A program made the translations under genes and the position numbers. Under the pieces are notes generated by a model that worked only from the letters and a program-made list of their open reading frames with translations, was not told the DNA's origin and made no database searches. 64,000 nt of DNA from Candidatus Poribacteria bacterium (GTDB lineage: Bacteria; Poribacteria; WGA-4E; WGA-3G). The stretch is from contig OZ240248.1 in the NCBI GenBank assembly GCA_965198235.1, positions 2,592,001 through 2,656,000 of the forward strand, given 5' to 3'. Positions 1 to 9,520 of the stretch are shown here, in pieces; positions within the stretch are counted from its first letter, which is position 1, and every line of letters starts with the position of its first letter.

Positions 1-2
1 TT

Positions 3-143
3 ACACGGCTGTCCGAAACCAGTCCGTATATAGCGAGATATAGAAATAGATCGCTACAGGATTCAATGGATAAAGGGCTGAATAGGTGGGCAAATGAGCA
101 GTCTGTCGGTTTCGCTCTGCCGCTCATTCAAATTCGCTTCTAA
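3..143 (+). CDS. 3' end of a gene entering from the window edge (partial, hypothetical)
   Basis: Open frame from base 3 to TAA at 141-143, ending ...GFALPLIQIRF. Confidence 0.4.
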   Translation, partial: TRLSETSPYIARYRNRSLQDSMDKGLNRWANEQSVGFALPLIQIRF

Positions 144-267
144 CTATGGCCTCTTGAACTGCTCTCCATTACATTGCGAGCAGGTTTTTGGTGGGTCCAC
201 AACTACCATAAGATGTAGGGTATAACATCAAAACCGTTAGCACGTGATGTAGCCAAAATACAGAACC

Positions 268-356
268 TGTAGCCTGCAACAACGGCGCAGGCGGATTTGA
301 GAAAGGCACGCTAAAGATAGAACCCACGTCGTTTAACCGCAAGGAATAATTAAAAA
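268..356 (+). repeat. Start-codon-linked structured element, copy 1 (family A)
   Basis: Hairpin GCCTGC-AACAACGGC-GCAGGC at 272, AACCGCAAGG at 335, GTG of fmt 22 nt later. Confidence 0.85.
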
Positions 357-1295
357 GTGCGTATTGTGTTTATGGGGACCAGTGAGTTTGCCGTGCCAGC
401 ACTCAAAGGACTCATCTCCCACAAATTTGAACTCATCGGTGTCGTCACACAACCCGACCGACCGAGCGGACGCGGGAAACGGCTCAGTCCACCACCTGTC
501 AAAGCAGTTGCTACAGAACATGATATACCGGTTTATCAACCTGAGAAGGTGAGAAAGCCGGATTTTGTGCGGACCCTTAAACGTCTCGCACCGAATGTGA
601 TTGTTGTTGCTGCCTTTGGCCAGATTCTGCCCCAGGCTGTTTTGGATATCCCTCCCTGTGGCACTATCAATTTGCATCCCTCTCTTCTTCCAAAGTACCG
701 CGGTGCCGCTCCAATTCAGTGGGCACTAATTAATGGCGAAACCGAGACAGGTGTAACGCTTATGTTACTGGATGCAGGTGAGGATACAGGCGATATTGTC
801 TCTGCAGACCGAGTCCCGATCCGAGATGAGGATACTGCTTTCACATTGACGGAACAGTTGGCACAACTCGGTGCCAACCAACTTGTCCGATGTTTGTCCA
901 ATATGCCGAATGGGGAACCGCCATCGGCAGTTCCACAGAACGACGCAGAAGCAACTCACGCACCGCGGCTGACGAAGGAAATCGGACAAGTTGATTGGAA
1001 TCAACCGGCGACCACAATTCACAATTTAGTCAGAGGTACAGCAATCTGGCCCGGTGCTTATACTTTCTTCCGGGAGAAACTTCGGCTGAAAATTGTCCGT
1101 TGTCAACCACTTCCACAGAAACTCGCTGGACAACCGGGAACCCTTGAAATAGCCGGAAGACAAAAACTGCTCGTTGCCACGGCGGAAGGAACGCTCCAAT
1201 TGTTGGAAATCCAACCCGCAACCAAAAAATCTATGGAAGCACACGATTTTATTAACGGTTATCAATTGCAAACAGGCGAGTTTTTTAATTATTAG
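357..1295 (+). CDS. fmt: Methionyl-tRNA formyltransferase
   Basis: MRIVFMGT start, VVTQPDRP and INLHPSLLPKYRGAAPIQ motifs. Confidence 0.97.
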   Translation: MRIVFMGTSEFAVPALKGLISHKFELIGVVTQPDRPSGRGKRLSPPPVKAVATEHDIPVYQPEKVRKPDFVRTLKRLAPNVIVVAAFGQILPQAVLDIPPCGTINLHPSLLPKYRGAAPIQWALINGETETGVTLMLLDAGEDTGDIVSADRVPIRDEDTAFTLTEQLAQLGANQLVRCLSNMPNGEPPSAVPQNDAEATHAPRLTKEIGQVDWNQPATTIHNLVRGTAIWPGAYTFFREKLRLKIVRCQPLPQKLAGQPGTLEIAGRQKLLVATAEGTLQLLEIQPATKKSMEAHDFINGYQLQTGEFFNY

Positions 1296-1334
1296 ATTTT
1301 CGCGCTGCCCTCCACTCCTACTTGAAATCTGGAC

Positions 1335-1424
1335 GCAAGCCTGCAACAACGGCGCAGGCGACTCTTGAGCAGAACACGTCAAAGTTCAAACTCACATTGT
1401 TTAACCGCAAGGTAAAATTAAAAT
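1335..1424 (+). repeat. Family A element, copy 2
   Basis: AGCCTGCAACAACGGCGCAGGCG identical to copy 1, AACCGCAAGG at 1403, ATG at 1425. Confidence 0.85.
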
Positions 1425-2402
1425 ATGAATAGTCTGAATAATACCCTATTTGCGTCATTCAAGGTTTTCCTCTATCTCTTGATTTTCCTCGGTATAATCG
1501 GAGCGTTAGCCATTTTCGTGGTTATTCCGAGTTGGGTCAGAACTGAGGAGGTGCTTGTTCCCAACATTACCGGCGAAAGTTACTATGAAGCCGTGCGGAT
1601 TCTTGGTGATGCAGGGTTGCAGCCCGCAAAAACCATTCAAGAGGCGAGTAGCGATGCTCCGAAGGGTGAAATCGTCTCACAAAATCCAGAGGCGAACTTT
1701 AGAATAAAATCATATCAACCCGTTGAAATCACAGTTAGCATAGGAGCTGAGTTAGTCCCTGTTCCCTCCGTCATTGGAAAATCGCGAGATGCCGCTTTTG
1801 AATCGCTTGCGACTGCTGGTTTTCGTCCGAATCGAGTTGCCTTCGTCCACTCCGAAGATTATCTACAGGATACTGTCATCGCACAAACACCTCCAGAAGG
1901 GGGTGGTCAACGTCGCAGCAGCCCTGTAAATCTTTTAGTGAGTCGCGGACCTAGACCACAAGTGGTACAACTTCCGAATTTCCAGAGTCAGCTTGCTGCC
2001 GATGTCGTTGCTGTACTGGAAGCAGTGGGACTAAAGGTTGAGACTGAATATAGTTCACACCCCAAAATCCCTCAAGGTGCAATTATCACTCACGAACCTG
2101 TAGGCGGCGTGATGGTGAAAACCGGAGACCGTATCCTACTCGAAATCAGTGGTGTGCAGGGTACGACTGAAAACATCAGTAGACCCTTACCCTTCAAATA
2201 TACGGTTAGTGAAGAAGGAAAACTTTCACGTCGCGTCAAAATTGTTATAATTGATGACTATAGTGAACGCATTGAAGTGGATCAACGCTATGCCCCGGGT
2301 ACAGTGATTGATTTGGAGCAGAAGGGGGTCCGCGTCTTTGGCAAAGCACGAGTGATCGTCTACGAAAATGGTGAAAAATTACCTGAAGTGGTTTATAGAT
2401 AG
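1425..2402 (+). CDS. Membrane-anchored PASTA-domain protein (three repeats)
   Basis: N-terminal TM helix; VPNITG/VPSVIG/LPNFQS repeats with VIAQTP-like motifs; lies between fmt and rpe. Confidence 0.9.
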   Translation: MNSLNNTLFASFKVFLYLLIFLGIIGALAIFVVIPSWVRTEEVLVPNITGESYYEAVRILGDAGLQPAKTIQEASSDAPKGEIVSQNPEANFRIKSYQPVEITVSIGAELVPVPSVIGKSRDAAFESLATAGFRPNRVAFVHSEDYLQDTVIAQTPPEGGGQRRSSPVNLLVSRGPRPQVVQLPNFQSQLAADVVAVLEAVGLKVETEYSSHPKIPQGAIITHEPVGGVMVKTGDRILLEISGVQGTTENISRPLPFKYTVSEEGKLSRRVKIVIIDDYSERIEVDQRYAPGTVIDLEQKGVRVFGKARVIVYENGEKLPEVVYR

Positions 2403-2425
2403 GACTCAACTAAAGGAGATTACAA

Positions 2426-3091
2426 ATTCCTATTCCTAAAATTGCGCCTTCATTGCTCGCTGCCGATTTCAGTCGTCTTGGTAAAGAAGTTAAACGGATC
2501 GTCGCGGCTGGGGCAGACCTACTTCACTTTGATGTGATGGATGGCGAGTTTGTGTCAAATTTCGCTATTAGTCCACCCTTTATCGCTGCTGTTCGCGAGA
2601 TCACCGATGTCCCTTTTGATGTCCACATTATGGTGATGCACCCGCTTCGTTATATCGACGCGCTCGCAGCAGCAGGAGCAGATCTGATTACCTTTCACAT
2701 CGAAAGTGCTGATAAACCGAACGAAGTAATTTCAGCGATCAAAGCACACGGGCTTAAACCGGGTTTAGCACTTTGTCCGAAGACACCTGTCTCGGCGGTT
2801 ACACCTTACCTTTCAGACATTGACTTAGTCCTGCCAATGAGTGTTGAACCTGGATTCGGAGGTCAACCCTTTCAACGAAATACACTCGAAAAAATAGCAA
2901 CATTACATCAAATAGTTCAGGAAATGACAGAGCCTCTTGACATCTCCGTTGATGGTGGTGTAACTACAGAAATCGCGCCCCTCACAATTCATCGAGGTGC
3001 GACGATTCTCGTCGCAGGGACCGCTATCTTCCGCAGTCAGCAACCAGAGATGATTATTCAAAAATTGCGCACCGCTGCCACCTATTTTTAA
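2426..3091 (+). CDS. rpe: Ribulose-phosphate 3-epimerase (probable ATT start)
   Basis: KIAPSLLAADF, HFDVMDG, MSVEPGFGGQ, VDGG motifs; SD AAGGAG at 2413-2418. Confidence 0.93.
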   Translation: MPIPKIAPSLLAADFSRLGKEVKRIVAAGADLLHFDVMDGEFVSNFAISPPFIAAVREITDVPFDVHIMVMHPLRYIDALAAAGADLITFHIESADKPNEVISAIKAHGLKPGLALCPKTPVSAVTPYLSDIDLVLPMSVEPGFGGQPFQRNTLEKIATLHQIVQEMTEPLDISVDGGVTTEIAPLTIHRGATILVAGTAIFRSQQPEMIIQKLRTAATYF

Positions 3092-3180
3092 TTTCGCTTG
3101 CGTTCTTCTGGTTAGAAGATGATCTTTCTGACCGTGTTCGCAGTCAGCGGTGTTGACTGCTGCAAATGTTGGCCAAAGAT

Positions 3181-3274
3181 CGTAAGCCCAAACAACGTTT
3201 GGGCTGGATATACGGAGAGGGACGTGAAATTCCCAATCTACCTCACCGAACCGCAAGGAACATTAGAAAAATAG
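3181..3274 (+). repeat. Family A element, copy 3
   Basis: Hairpin AGCCCAAAC-AAC-GTTTGGGCT, AACCGCAAGG at 3249, ATG at 3275. Confidence 0.8.
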
Positions 3275-4012
3275 ATGCACACTTTCTATGTTTCCCCTTC
3301 TCAGATCTCCAATAATATTGTTACGATTACGGGTTCGGAGCATCATCATCTTCGCAATGTCCTACGGACAAAACCGGGTGAGACTGTCCGAATTATTGAT
3401 GGGAAAGGGAATGCGTATACCGCACAAATTCTTGAAACACACGATGCTTGGCTTTCAAGCGAAGCAAGGATCCTCAGCCATGAATTTCACGCAGTTGTTT
3501 TGCCGAGCCTCACACTCTTTCAAGGACTCCCCAAAAACGATAAGATGGAGTTAATTCTCCAAAAAACGACAGAACTCGGTGTTACACAGATTGTACCACT
3601 GCATTCAGAATACGCCTTGCAGAAACCGAGTCAAAACCGATATGAGCGTTGGCACCGTGTTCTTATCTCTGCTACGAAGCAGTCCGAACGTCTTTATTTG
3701 CCTGAATTATGCAACGCACAAGGGTTTGATGCCTCCTTGGCACAACTCCATAAGTTTTCGCTCTGCCTGCTCCTCAGTCCGCGTCGTGATCAGGAATCGC
3801 ATATTCAGCATATCCAGACGGTTTTGCGAAAGGTGCCGCGTCCGGCTTCTATCGCGCTCTTTGTCGGACCAGAAGGCGGATTTTCCGATCAAGAGGTCAC
3901 CAGTGCTATTGAAAGCGGATGTACACTTGTGACGCTTGGGAGGAACATCCTCCGCACGGAAACTGCCGCAATTGTAGCTGTCGCCGTCGCCGCTTATGAA
4001 TACCAACTGTAA
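3275..4012 (+). CDS. rsmE: 16S rRNA m3U1498 methyltransferase
   Basis: HHLRNVLR, QKTTELGV, VGPEGGFS, LGRNILRTETA motifs. Confidence 0.95.
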   Translation: MHTFYVSPSQISNNIVTITGSEHHHLRNVLRTKPGETVRIIDGKGNAYTAQILETHDAWLSSEARILSHEFHAVVLPSLTLFQGLPKNDKMELILQKTTELGVTQIVPLHSEYALQKPSQNRYERWHRVLISATKQSERLYLPELCNAQGFDASLAQLHKFSLCLLLSPRRDQESHIQHIQTVLRKVPRPASIALFVGPEGGFSDQEVTSAIESGCTLVTLGRNILRTETAAIVAVAVAAYEYQL

Positions 4013-4053
4013 GGGTGATCTCTAAATTGCGACGCTCTGCTCTAAAAAAATCA

Positions 4054-4082
4054 TTGACAAACTTCACTGCTTTTTGTAAAAT
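4054..4082 (+). promoter_or_regulatory. Sigma70-type promoter
   Basis: TTGACA (4054-4059), 17-bp spacer, TAAAAT (4077-4082). Confidence 0.6.
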
Positions 4083-4090
4083 TGCTGATT

Positions 4091-5215
4091 ATGGATGCAA
4101 AAGAATTGACCAGAACCCTCATTGGGTATAATACAGTAAGCCCTCTCAGCAATGTTGAGGTCATGGATTTTCTCACCGAAGTGCTGGAATCCATTGATTG
4201 TGAAGTCGAACGGGTTGAATATAAAGACCCAGCAGGTGTACTGAAGGTGAATCTAATTGGTCGTAAAGGACCGATGAACGGTGAGCGCGGACTTGCGCTG
4301 CTTGGACACATAGATACTGTGCCTGCTATCGGTTGGGCGATGGATCCGTTTGAGGCACGGATCGCCGATGAGAAGATGTACGGCAGGGGCAGTTGTGATA
4401 TGAAGGGCAGTGTTGCGTGTATGGTTGAGGTCGCGTCACACTATGCGGCATCGGATTTGAAGGCACCGCTCTATGTCGTCATCACGGCTGATGAAGAGGT
4501 GGGTTACCTCGGGGCAACAGCCGTTGCCGAAAAGTCGCAGATGTTCAAAAAGCACGGCTTTCCGAAGTGTGGGGTCGTCGGTGAACCGACAGAACTCCAT
4601 GCGGTATATGCCCACAAAGGGACTGTCCGATTTACTGCCACAGCCCACGGGCGTGCAGCGCACAGCAGTACAGGTGAAGGTGACAACGCGAATCTAAAGT
4701 TAATTCCCTTTCTCGCAGAAATGCGGGATATTTATCACGAATTGACAACCAATACTCGGTATTTCAACGATGAATTCACACCAGCTTTTACGGATTGGAA
4801 TATCACTATCAGTGATGGCGAGTGTCCAGGGAATATTACTTCGCCGTTAAGCGTGTGTTGTATCAACTACCGCCCAATGCCGGGGGATGATTCGCAAGAG
4901 TGGATAGACCGCGCGCGGGACTCGGCTGAAAAGCACGGGTTAATATTCGATTTGTATATTGATGCGCCTCCAGTACACACACCGCCCGATGCGGAGATTA
5001 TCCAAGCCGCACTTGAAATAACCGGCGAGACCGTACCTCAAACCGTCGCCTATGGCACCGATGCTGCCGTCTTCGCACAGCACATGGAGACCGTCATTAT
5101 CGGACCCGGCAGTATTCTACAGGCGCATACCGTGGATGAGTGGATGGCGTTGGACCAGTTCCCACAAGGAGTTTCAATCTTTAGTCAATTTGTGAAGCGG
5201 TTTTGTGTGGCTTAG
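4091..5215 (+). CDS. argE: M20 metallopeptidase / acetylornithine deacetylase-like
   Basis: GHIDTVP, YGRGSCDMKG, DEE, GEPT, AHTVDE motifs; exact substrate uncertain. Confidence 0.8.
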   Translation: MDAKELTRTLIGYNTVSPLSNVEVMDFLTEVLESIDCEVERVEYKDPAGVLKVNLIGRKGPMNGERGLALLGHIDTVPAIGWAMDPFEARIADEKMYGRGSCDMKGSVACMVEVASHYAASDLKAPLYVVITADEEVGYLGATAVAEKSQMFKKHGFPKCGVVGEPTELHAVYAHKGTVRFTATAHGRAAHSSTGEGDNANLKLIPFLAEMRDIYHELTTNTRYFNDEFTPAFTDWNITISDGECPGNITSPLSVCCINYRPMPGDDSQEWIDRARDSAEKHGLIFDLYIDAPPVHTPPDAEIIQAALEITGETVPQTVAYGTDAAVFAQHMETVIIGPGSILQAHTVDEWMALDQFPQGVSIFSQFVKRFCVA

Positions 5216-5642
5216 GAGCGTCGAAAAAAACAGCATCCGGTTTCACCCATTCCGTTTCACCATCTGCCCAGACTTCACGCTTCCAGATAGGTACAGTCTG
5301 TTTGAGACGATCCATCGCGTATTGACACGCTTCAAATCCGTCTTTGCGATGCGGGGACGCGACTGCAACTGCTACGCTTACCTCACCGATCTCCAATTTT
5401 CCGACACGGTGAGCCATTGAGACGCGATCGATACCCCACTTGTCTGAAATTTCTTGCGCGATTTCTGCCATTTTTTTCTCTGCCATCGGTGGGTACGCTT
5501 CATATTCAAGACATTTTACGGGTCTGCCGTCAGTGTTATTCCGAACCGTCCCAAAAAACAGCACTACTGCTCCGGCATCTGGTCCTTCTACTGCTTCGCG
5601 GACTTCTTCACCTGTGATAACTTCTGTAGTTATCTTAAACAT
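5181..5642 (-). CDS. moaE: Molybdopterin synthase catalytic subunit
   Basis: GAVVLFFGTVR, LEYEAY, HRVG, PIWKRE motifs. Confidence 0.95.
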   Translation of the reverse strand: MFKITTEVITGEEVREAVEGPDAGAVVLFFGTVRNNTDGRPVKCLEYEAYPPMAEKKMAEIAQEISDKWGIDRVSMAHRVGKLEIGEVSVAVAVASPHRKDGFEACQYAMDRLKQTVPIWKREVWADGETEWVKPDAVFFDAPKPHKTASQID

Positions 5643-5889
5643 TGCAGCCTCCCGTCACAGGTGGAATTAGGGCGACCTCGTCTCCCTCTGCAAGTTCAGT
5701 ATTTTCCGTAGCGTATTCCCAGTTGACGGACATTTGCATCACTTCATAGAACTCGGCAATCTCGGGCCATTCTTCCTCAAGACGTTCTAATATCGTTTTT
5801 AGGGTAGCACCGTCCGGTAGTTCCATCTCTTCTTCAGATCTATCTAACATTTCATGGCATACGGCGAAGTATTTGACTGTGACGTTCAT
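5635..5889 (-). CDS. moaD: Molybdopterin synthase sulfur carrier
   Basis: VKYFA and GDEVALIPPVTGG, followed by a short CNV extension; coupled to moaE. Confidence 0.92.
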   Translation of the reverse strand: MNVTVKYFAVCHEMLDRSEEEMELPDGATLKTILERLEEEWPEIAEFYEVMQMSVNWEYATENTELAEGDEVALIPPVTGGCNV

Positions 5890-6144
5890 AAAAATTCCTT
5901 TTCGACAGAGTTTTGGAGATTAACAACATATCGCTCACACTGAAAAGTGTAGCACAAAATCGGTTGTGAAGCAACCCCTTATTGTGAACTCGAATGAAAA
6001 ACGCTTAGGTTTTTAACCGAAAATAAAATCAATATTCCTGCAAGAATCAAAATTGTATTGATTTTTATCGTGAGATAAGGTAGAATAGAATAAAGTGTGT
6101 AAACGCGATTTACCTATCACCTTCAACAGAGGAGAGAAGGCAGT

Positions 6145-6759
6145 ATGAAACCGAAAGCGATTTATTATTTCATCTTCGTTTTGCTTGCCGTTGGACTGAT
6201 GGCTTGCGGCGGCGACACTGATGATGAAACAGAAGCACCCGATAAGCAAACCCAGCCGACAACATCCTCCGAATCAACGCAACCCGATGTGGCTGCTGGA
6301 AGGGATGTTGACTTTGCCGCTGACGAGCAAGCGATCCGCGACCTTTATGCAGAATACGCTGTCGCCCACGGCGACAAAGATGTTGATGTGCTGGCAGAGG
6401 TTTGGCTCAGAAACGAGGGAAAGGACGTTTTCACTGCTTGGACGTTCTGGGCTGGCACCTTTGAAAAAAATGAAGGGTGGAAGGCAGTAACCAAGGCGTG
6501 GGAGGGGATCTTCCGACTGCGCGGTGGAAAGATGGTCGTTGACATCACCTACCTCACTATTGATAGCAAAGGCAGAGAAGCCGTTTTGCGTGGGGCATAT
6601 AATTGGGGGAATCAGAAGGGCGACTTGATTTCCGCACTCAAGAAGGATGGCAAGGGCTGGAAAATTCGCGCCATTGATTATACTGATGGACGGTTTGGGA
6701 AACAGGTTAAATACCTCCTCGAACCCGCCCATACCTTCGGAGAAATTCCCGAAGATTAG
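6145..6759 (+). CDS. Lipoprotein with NTF2/SnoaL-like domain
   Basis: Lipobox LMAC; ADEQAIRDLY and GWKIRA ends typical of the fold. Confidence 0.7.
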   Translation: MKPKAIYYFIFVLLAVGLMACGGDTDDETEAPDKQTQPTTSSESTQPDVAAGRDVDFAADEQAIRDLYAEYAVAHGDKDVDVLAEVWLRNEGKDVFTAWTFWAGTFEKNEGWKAVTKAWEGIFRLRGGKMVVDITYLTIDSKGREAVLRGAYNWGNQKGDLISALKKDGKGWKIRAIDYTDGRFGKQVKYLLEPAHTFGEIPED

Positions 6760-6761
6760 TC

Positions 6762-7118
6762 ATGGATAAAATTATCCTCAAAGGGATTCGATTTCATGGT
6801 CACCACGGCGTTCCGGAAGCGGAACGCCAAGTCGGTGGCCATTATGAAATTGACGCAACCCTGGGGTGTACGCTTGCCAACCCCGGCAGGACAAACGCAC
6901 TTGCCGATACGGTTGATTATGCTGAAGTCGTCACGCGCATCGTCGAGATCGGCACGCAGCAGTCCTTCCAGCTCATTGAGGCACTTGCTGAGAAGATCGC
7001 CGCAGTGATTTTAGAACAATTCGCAGTAGATGAGGTCCATCTCATCGTCAGGAAGCTGCATCCTCCCATAGATCAACCAATTGACTATTTTGCCGTTGAG
7101 ATTTTTCGTAATGCGTAA
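6762..7118 (+). CDS. folB: Dihydroneopterin aldolase
   Basis: MDKI..FHGHHGV..ER, DTVDY, LIEALAE motifs. Confidence 0.95.
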   Translation: MDKIILKGIRFHGHHGVPEAERQVGGHYEIDATLGCTLANPGRTNALADTVDYAEVVTRIVEIGTQQSFQLIEALAEKIAAVILEQFAVDEVHLIVRKLHPPIDQPIDYFAVEIFRNA

Positions 7119-8304
7119 ATTCTGTGCCATCATCTGTTTACTGTTGATAACAGCCACTGTCGCACACGCTGGTGGCGAGAAAAAAACGTTATTTCCAGAT
7201 TTGGCACCAGGGCTCCATCTCTACCGTTACGACTGGGATGTCGAGACGTGTGTCCTTTACGTCGCCGAGATATCCCGCCATGAGCCGTCACTACACTTTG
7301 AGGTAGCACTCGCAAATGCGCAAGTACTCGGCAAAGAAACCGTGCGTTCTATGGCGAATCGACGCACCCGGCGTGGTGACCGGCGCGTCCTCGTCGCAGT
7401 CAATGGAGGGTTCGGAGTTCTTGGTGATATGCGCGGCTACGGCGGCGTATTAGAGAACCTGCATGTCCAAGACGGTGAACTCATCACTCAACCTACAGAT
7501 ACCGAGGCCTGCTTTGGTGTAACTGAATCTGGCGAATTCCTGAGCACTCCCGTTGAAATGAAAGCAAGCGTGCAAATAGGCGCGCGCACACTACCCCTCG
7601 AATGCGTTAATCAACGGCGGCTTGATGGGTGTCAGGTAACGCTCTACACACCACGACTCGGCGAATCAACCCATACCAACCGGCGCCGAGGCAGTGAGGT
7701 GATAATCGGCGGACTCCCACTCCCTTTGACCCCGAATTATGCGCACCCCTACCTTGTAAAAAGTGTCTCACGCGATGGAAATAGCACGATCCCCAGAGAC
7801 GGGGCGGTTCTCTGGATTAGCACACGGTTGAAAGACCCAAGCGTTTCCGAGTTCAATACTGGCGCGAACGGCACACTCACCCTTACCCTCTCACCGCCGG
7901 AATGGAATCGAGTTCAACATGCTATTGGCGGGCGACTTCGACTCCTCACGGACGGTAAGATAAATAAGACGCTCGTGGAGATGCACCATGCCGAGAAGCG
8001 GCATACCCCCGGCAAGCGCGCATCAGTGCTGAATCTGAGCCATGAACCGCGCACTGCCCTTGGATACAATGCGGATACACTGTTTTTAATAGTTGTAGAC
8101 GGACGGCAACCGAAATATAGCACTGGATTAACCCTCTATGAACTCGCCAGTATTCTCATTGAACTCGGCGCAACAGAAGCGATCAATCTTGATGGCGGTT
8201 CCTCCAGTACCTTTGTCGTTAACGATGCGGTCATTAACAAGCCATCAGGGCAGCGAGAACGGGATGTCTTAAATGCCGTCTTTATCACAGCAGATGTCCC
8301 GTAA
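7111..8304 (+). CDS. Secreted phosphodiester glycosidase (NAGPA family)
   Basis: Signal peptide; AVNGGF, PRTALG, VVDGRQ, AINLDGGSS. Confidence 0.88.
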   Translation: MRKFCAIICLLLITATVAHAGGEKKTLFPDLAPGLHLYRYDWDVETCVLYVAEISRHEPSLHFEVALANAQVLGKETVRSMANRRTRRGDRRVLVAVNGGFGVLGDMRGYGGVLENLHVQDGELITQPTDTEACFGVTESGEFLSTPVEMKASVQIGARTLPLECVNQRRLDGCQVTLYTPRLGESTHTNRRRGSEVIIGGLPLPLTPNYAHPYLVKSVSRDGNSTIPRDGAVLWISTRLKDPSVSEFNTGANGTLTLTLSPPEWNRVQHAIGGRLRLLTDGKINKTLVEMHHAEKRHTPGKRASVLNLSHEPRTALGYNADTLFLIVVDGRQPKYSTGLTLYELASILIELGATEAINLDGGSSSTFVVNDAVINKPSGQRERDVLNAVFITADVP

Positions 8305-8331
8305 AAACAATCTCCAGATTGAGGTTCTTCT

Positions 8332-8356
8332 GTAGGAGCGATCTCCAGGTCGCGAT
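8332..8356 (+). repeat. GTAG-type REP-like palindrome
   Basis: GTAGGAGCGATCTCCAGGTCGCGAT, imperfect hairpin after GTAG. Confidence 0.5.
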
Positions 8357-8377
8357 AAACAAGTTTGAGGGCTTATT

Positions 8378-9430
8378 TTGAAGGTTTATTCTGAAATAAT
8401 TTATAGGTTTCCGATACTTCTGTCTCTACTATTTTGTCCCATTTTAGTTGCCAATTCAGCGGATGCCCCAAAACTGCTAAAGGCGACACCGCTTTCACAA
8501 ACCGCAATTCAACTACAATTTGATGGACAATTACAAGCAGAGACCGCAGAAGACCTGACTAATTATCATATTACCCCAGATGTCCAATTGGAATACGCGC
8601 TGCTTGATTCACGACTGAATCGTGTCCTACTACTCACTTCACTATTAGAGGCAGAAAAAACCTATCATCTCACGCTTCCGAATTCGCAAACGGGAATAGT
8701 GATAACCCTTCCATCTGTAAATGAAATAACCTTTGGCGCAGGCGACTCCGTTACATTCTCCGGGGGCTTGCAAGATACGAGTCTGATTGTCAATAAAGAT
8801 CGCAAGGCGCGAAACAACAATGCCGGTGCCGAACCGACCCTCCTGTGTAATCCGACTGGGAGTGTTTTCTTCGTCGTTTTTGACCTGTATGATGCATTTG
8901 AAGACATGGGTATCCGAGAACCGACACAAGTCTTAAAAGCGACGATAAGTCTACATGTCCAGCAGTATGCTACTGATGCTGCTCAGACCGTCATCTTCCG
9001 CCGTGTTTTGCTTCCGTGGCGAGAGGGCAGGGGTGTCTCCGAACGGGCAGAAGATAACGAACTCACCTATAACAGCGCGTTGCATCGCAATCTCCCGTGG
9101 AATAAGCCTCCCGCGCAAGCGATGTTAGCAGGCATAGACGGCGATAGTGAAAGCGATTACAACGGTTCTGAGGATGTCGCCCATCGGATTGATGGCACGT
9201 GCGAGATTCAAGGGGCAGGAACGCGTTATACATTTAAAGGCGAACTCCTCACCGACGCCGTCCGCTTTTGGGTGGCGAATCCCGATTACAACTACGGGTA
9301 TCTCTTTGTCTTGCGTGATGGCAGTGTGCCTATCGTTTTTTCGTCAAAAGAGTCAGATGATGAAAACCTACGTCCGGTTTTAACGATCCGCTACCAGACA
9401 CAATCGGGAGCGGAAACTGCACCGCGATAG
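8378..9430 (+). CDS. Secreted protein with Ig-like and DNRLRE-like domains
   Basis: Signal peptide; C-terminal NYGYLF..FSSKE..RPVLTIRY. Confidence 0.65.
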   Translation: MKVYSEIIYRFPILLSLLFCPILVANSADAPKLLKATPLSQTAIQLQFDGQLQAETAEDLTNYHITPDVQLEYALLDSRLNRVLLLTSLLEAEKTYHLTLPNSQTGIVITLPSVNEITFGAGDSVTFSGGLQDTSLIVNKDRKARNNNAGAEPTLLCNPTGSVFFVVFDLYDAFEDMGIREPTQVLKATISLHVQQYATDAAQTVIFRRVLLPWREGRGVSERAEDNELTYNSALHRNLPWNKPPAQAMLAGIDGDSESDYNGSEDVAHRIDGTCEIQGAGTRYTFKGELLTDAVRFWVANPDYNYGYLFVLRDGSVPIVFSSKESDDENLRPVLTIRYQTQSGAETAPR

Positions 9431-9465
9431 GTTCTCCCTCGGTTAACCAAATCAGCCTAAATGAT

Positions 9466-9495
9466 TTGATTCGCATTGTAGACGTATGGTATAAT
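9466..9495 (+). promoter_or_regulatory. Extended -10 promoter for the Rpn gene
   Basis: TTGATT at 9466-9471, TGGTATAAT at 9487-9495. Confidence 0.55.
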
Positions 9496-9520
9496 TTGCT
9501 GAACTGGCAAAAGGAACAGA

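Noticed and set aside
268-3274. Family A copies as integron attC sites
   Set aside because: No RYYYAAC/GTTRRRY paired ends or integrase were seen, and the flanking genes are housekeeping genes.
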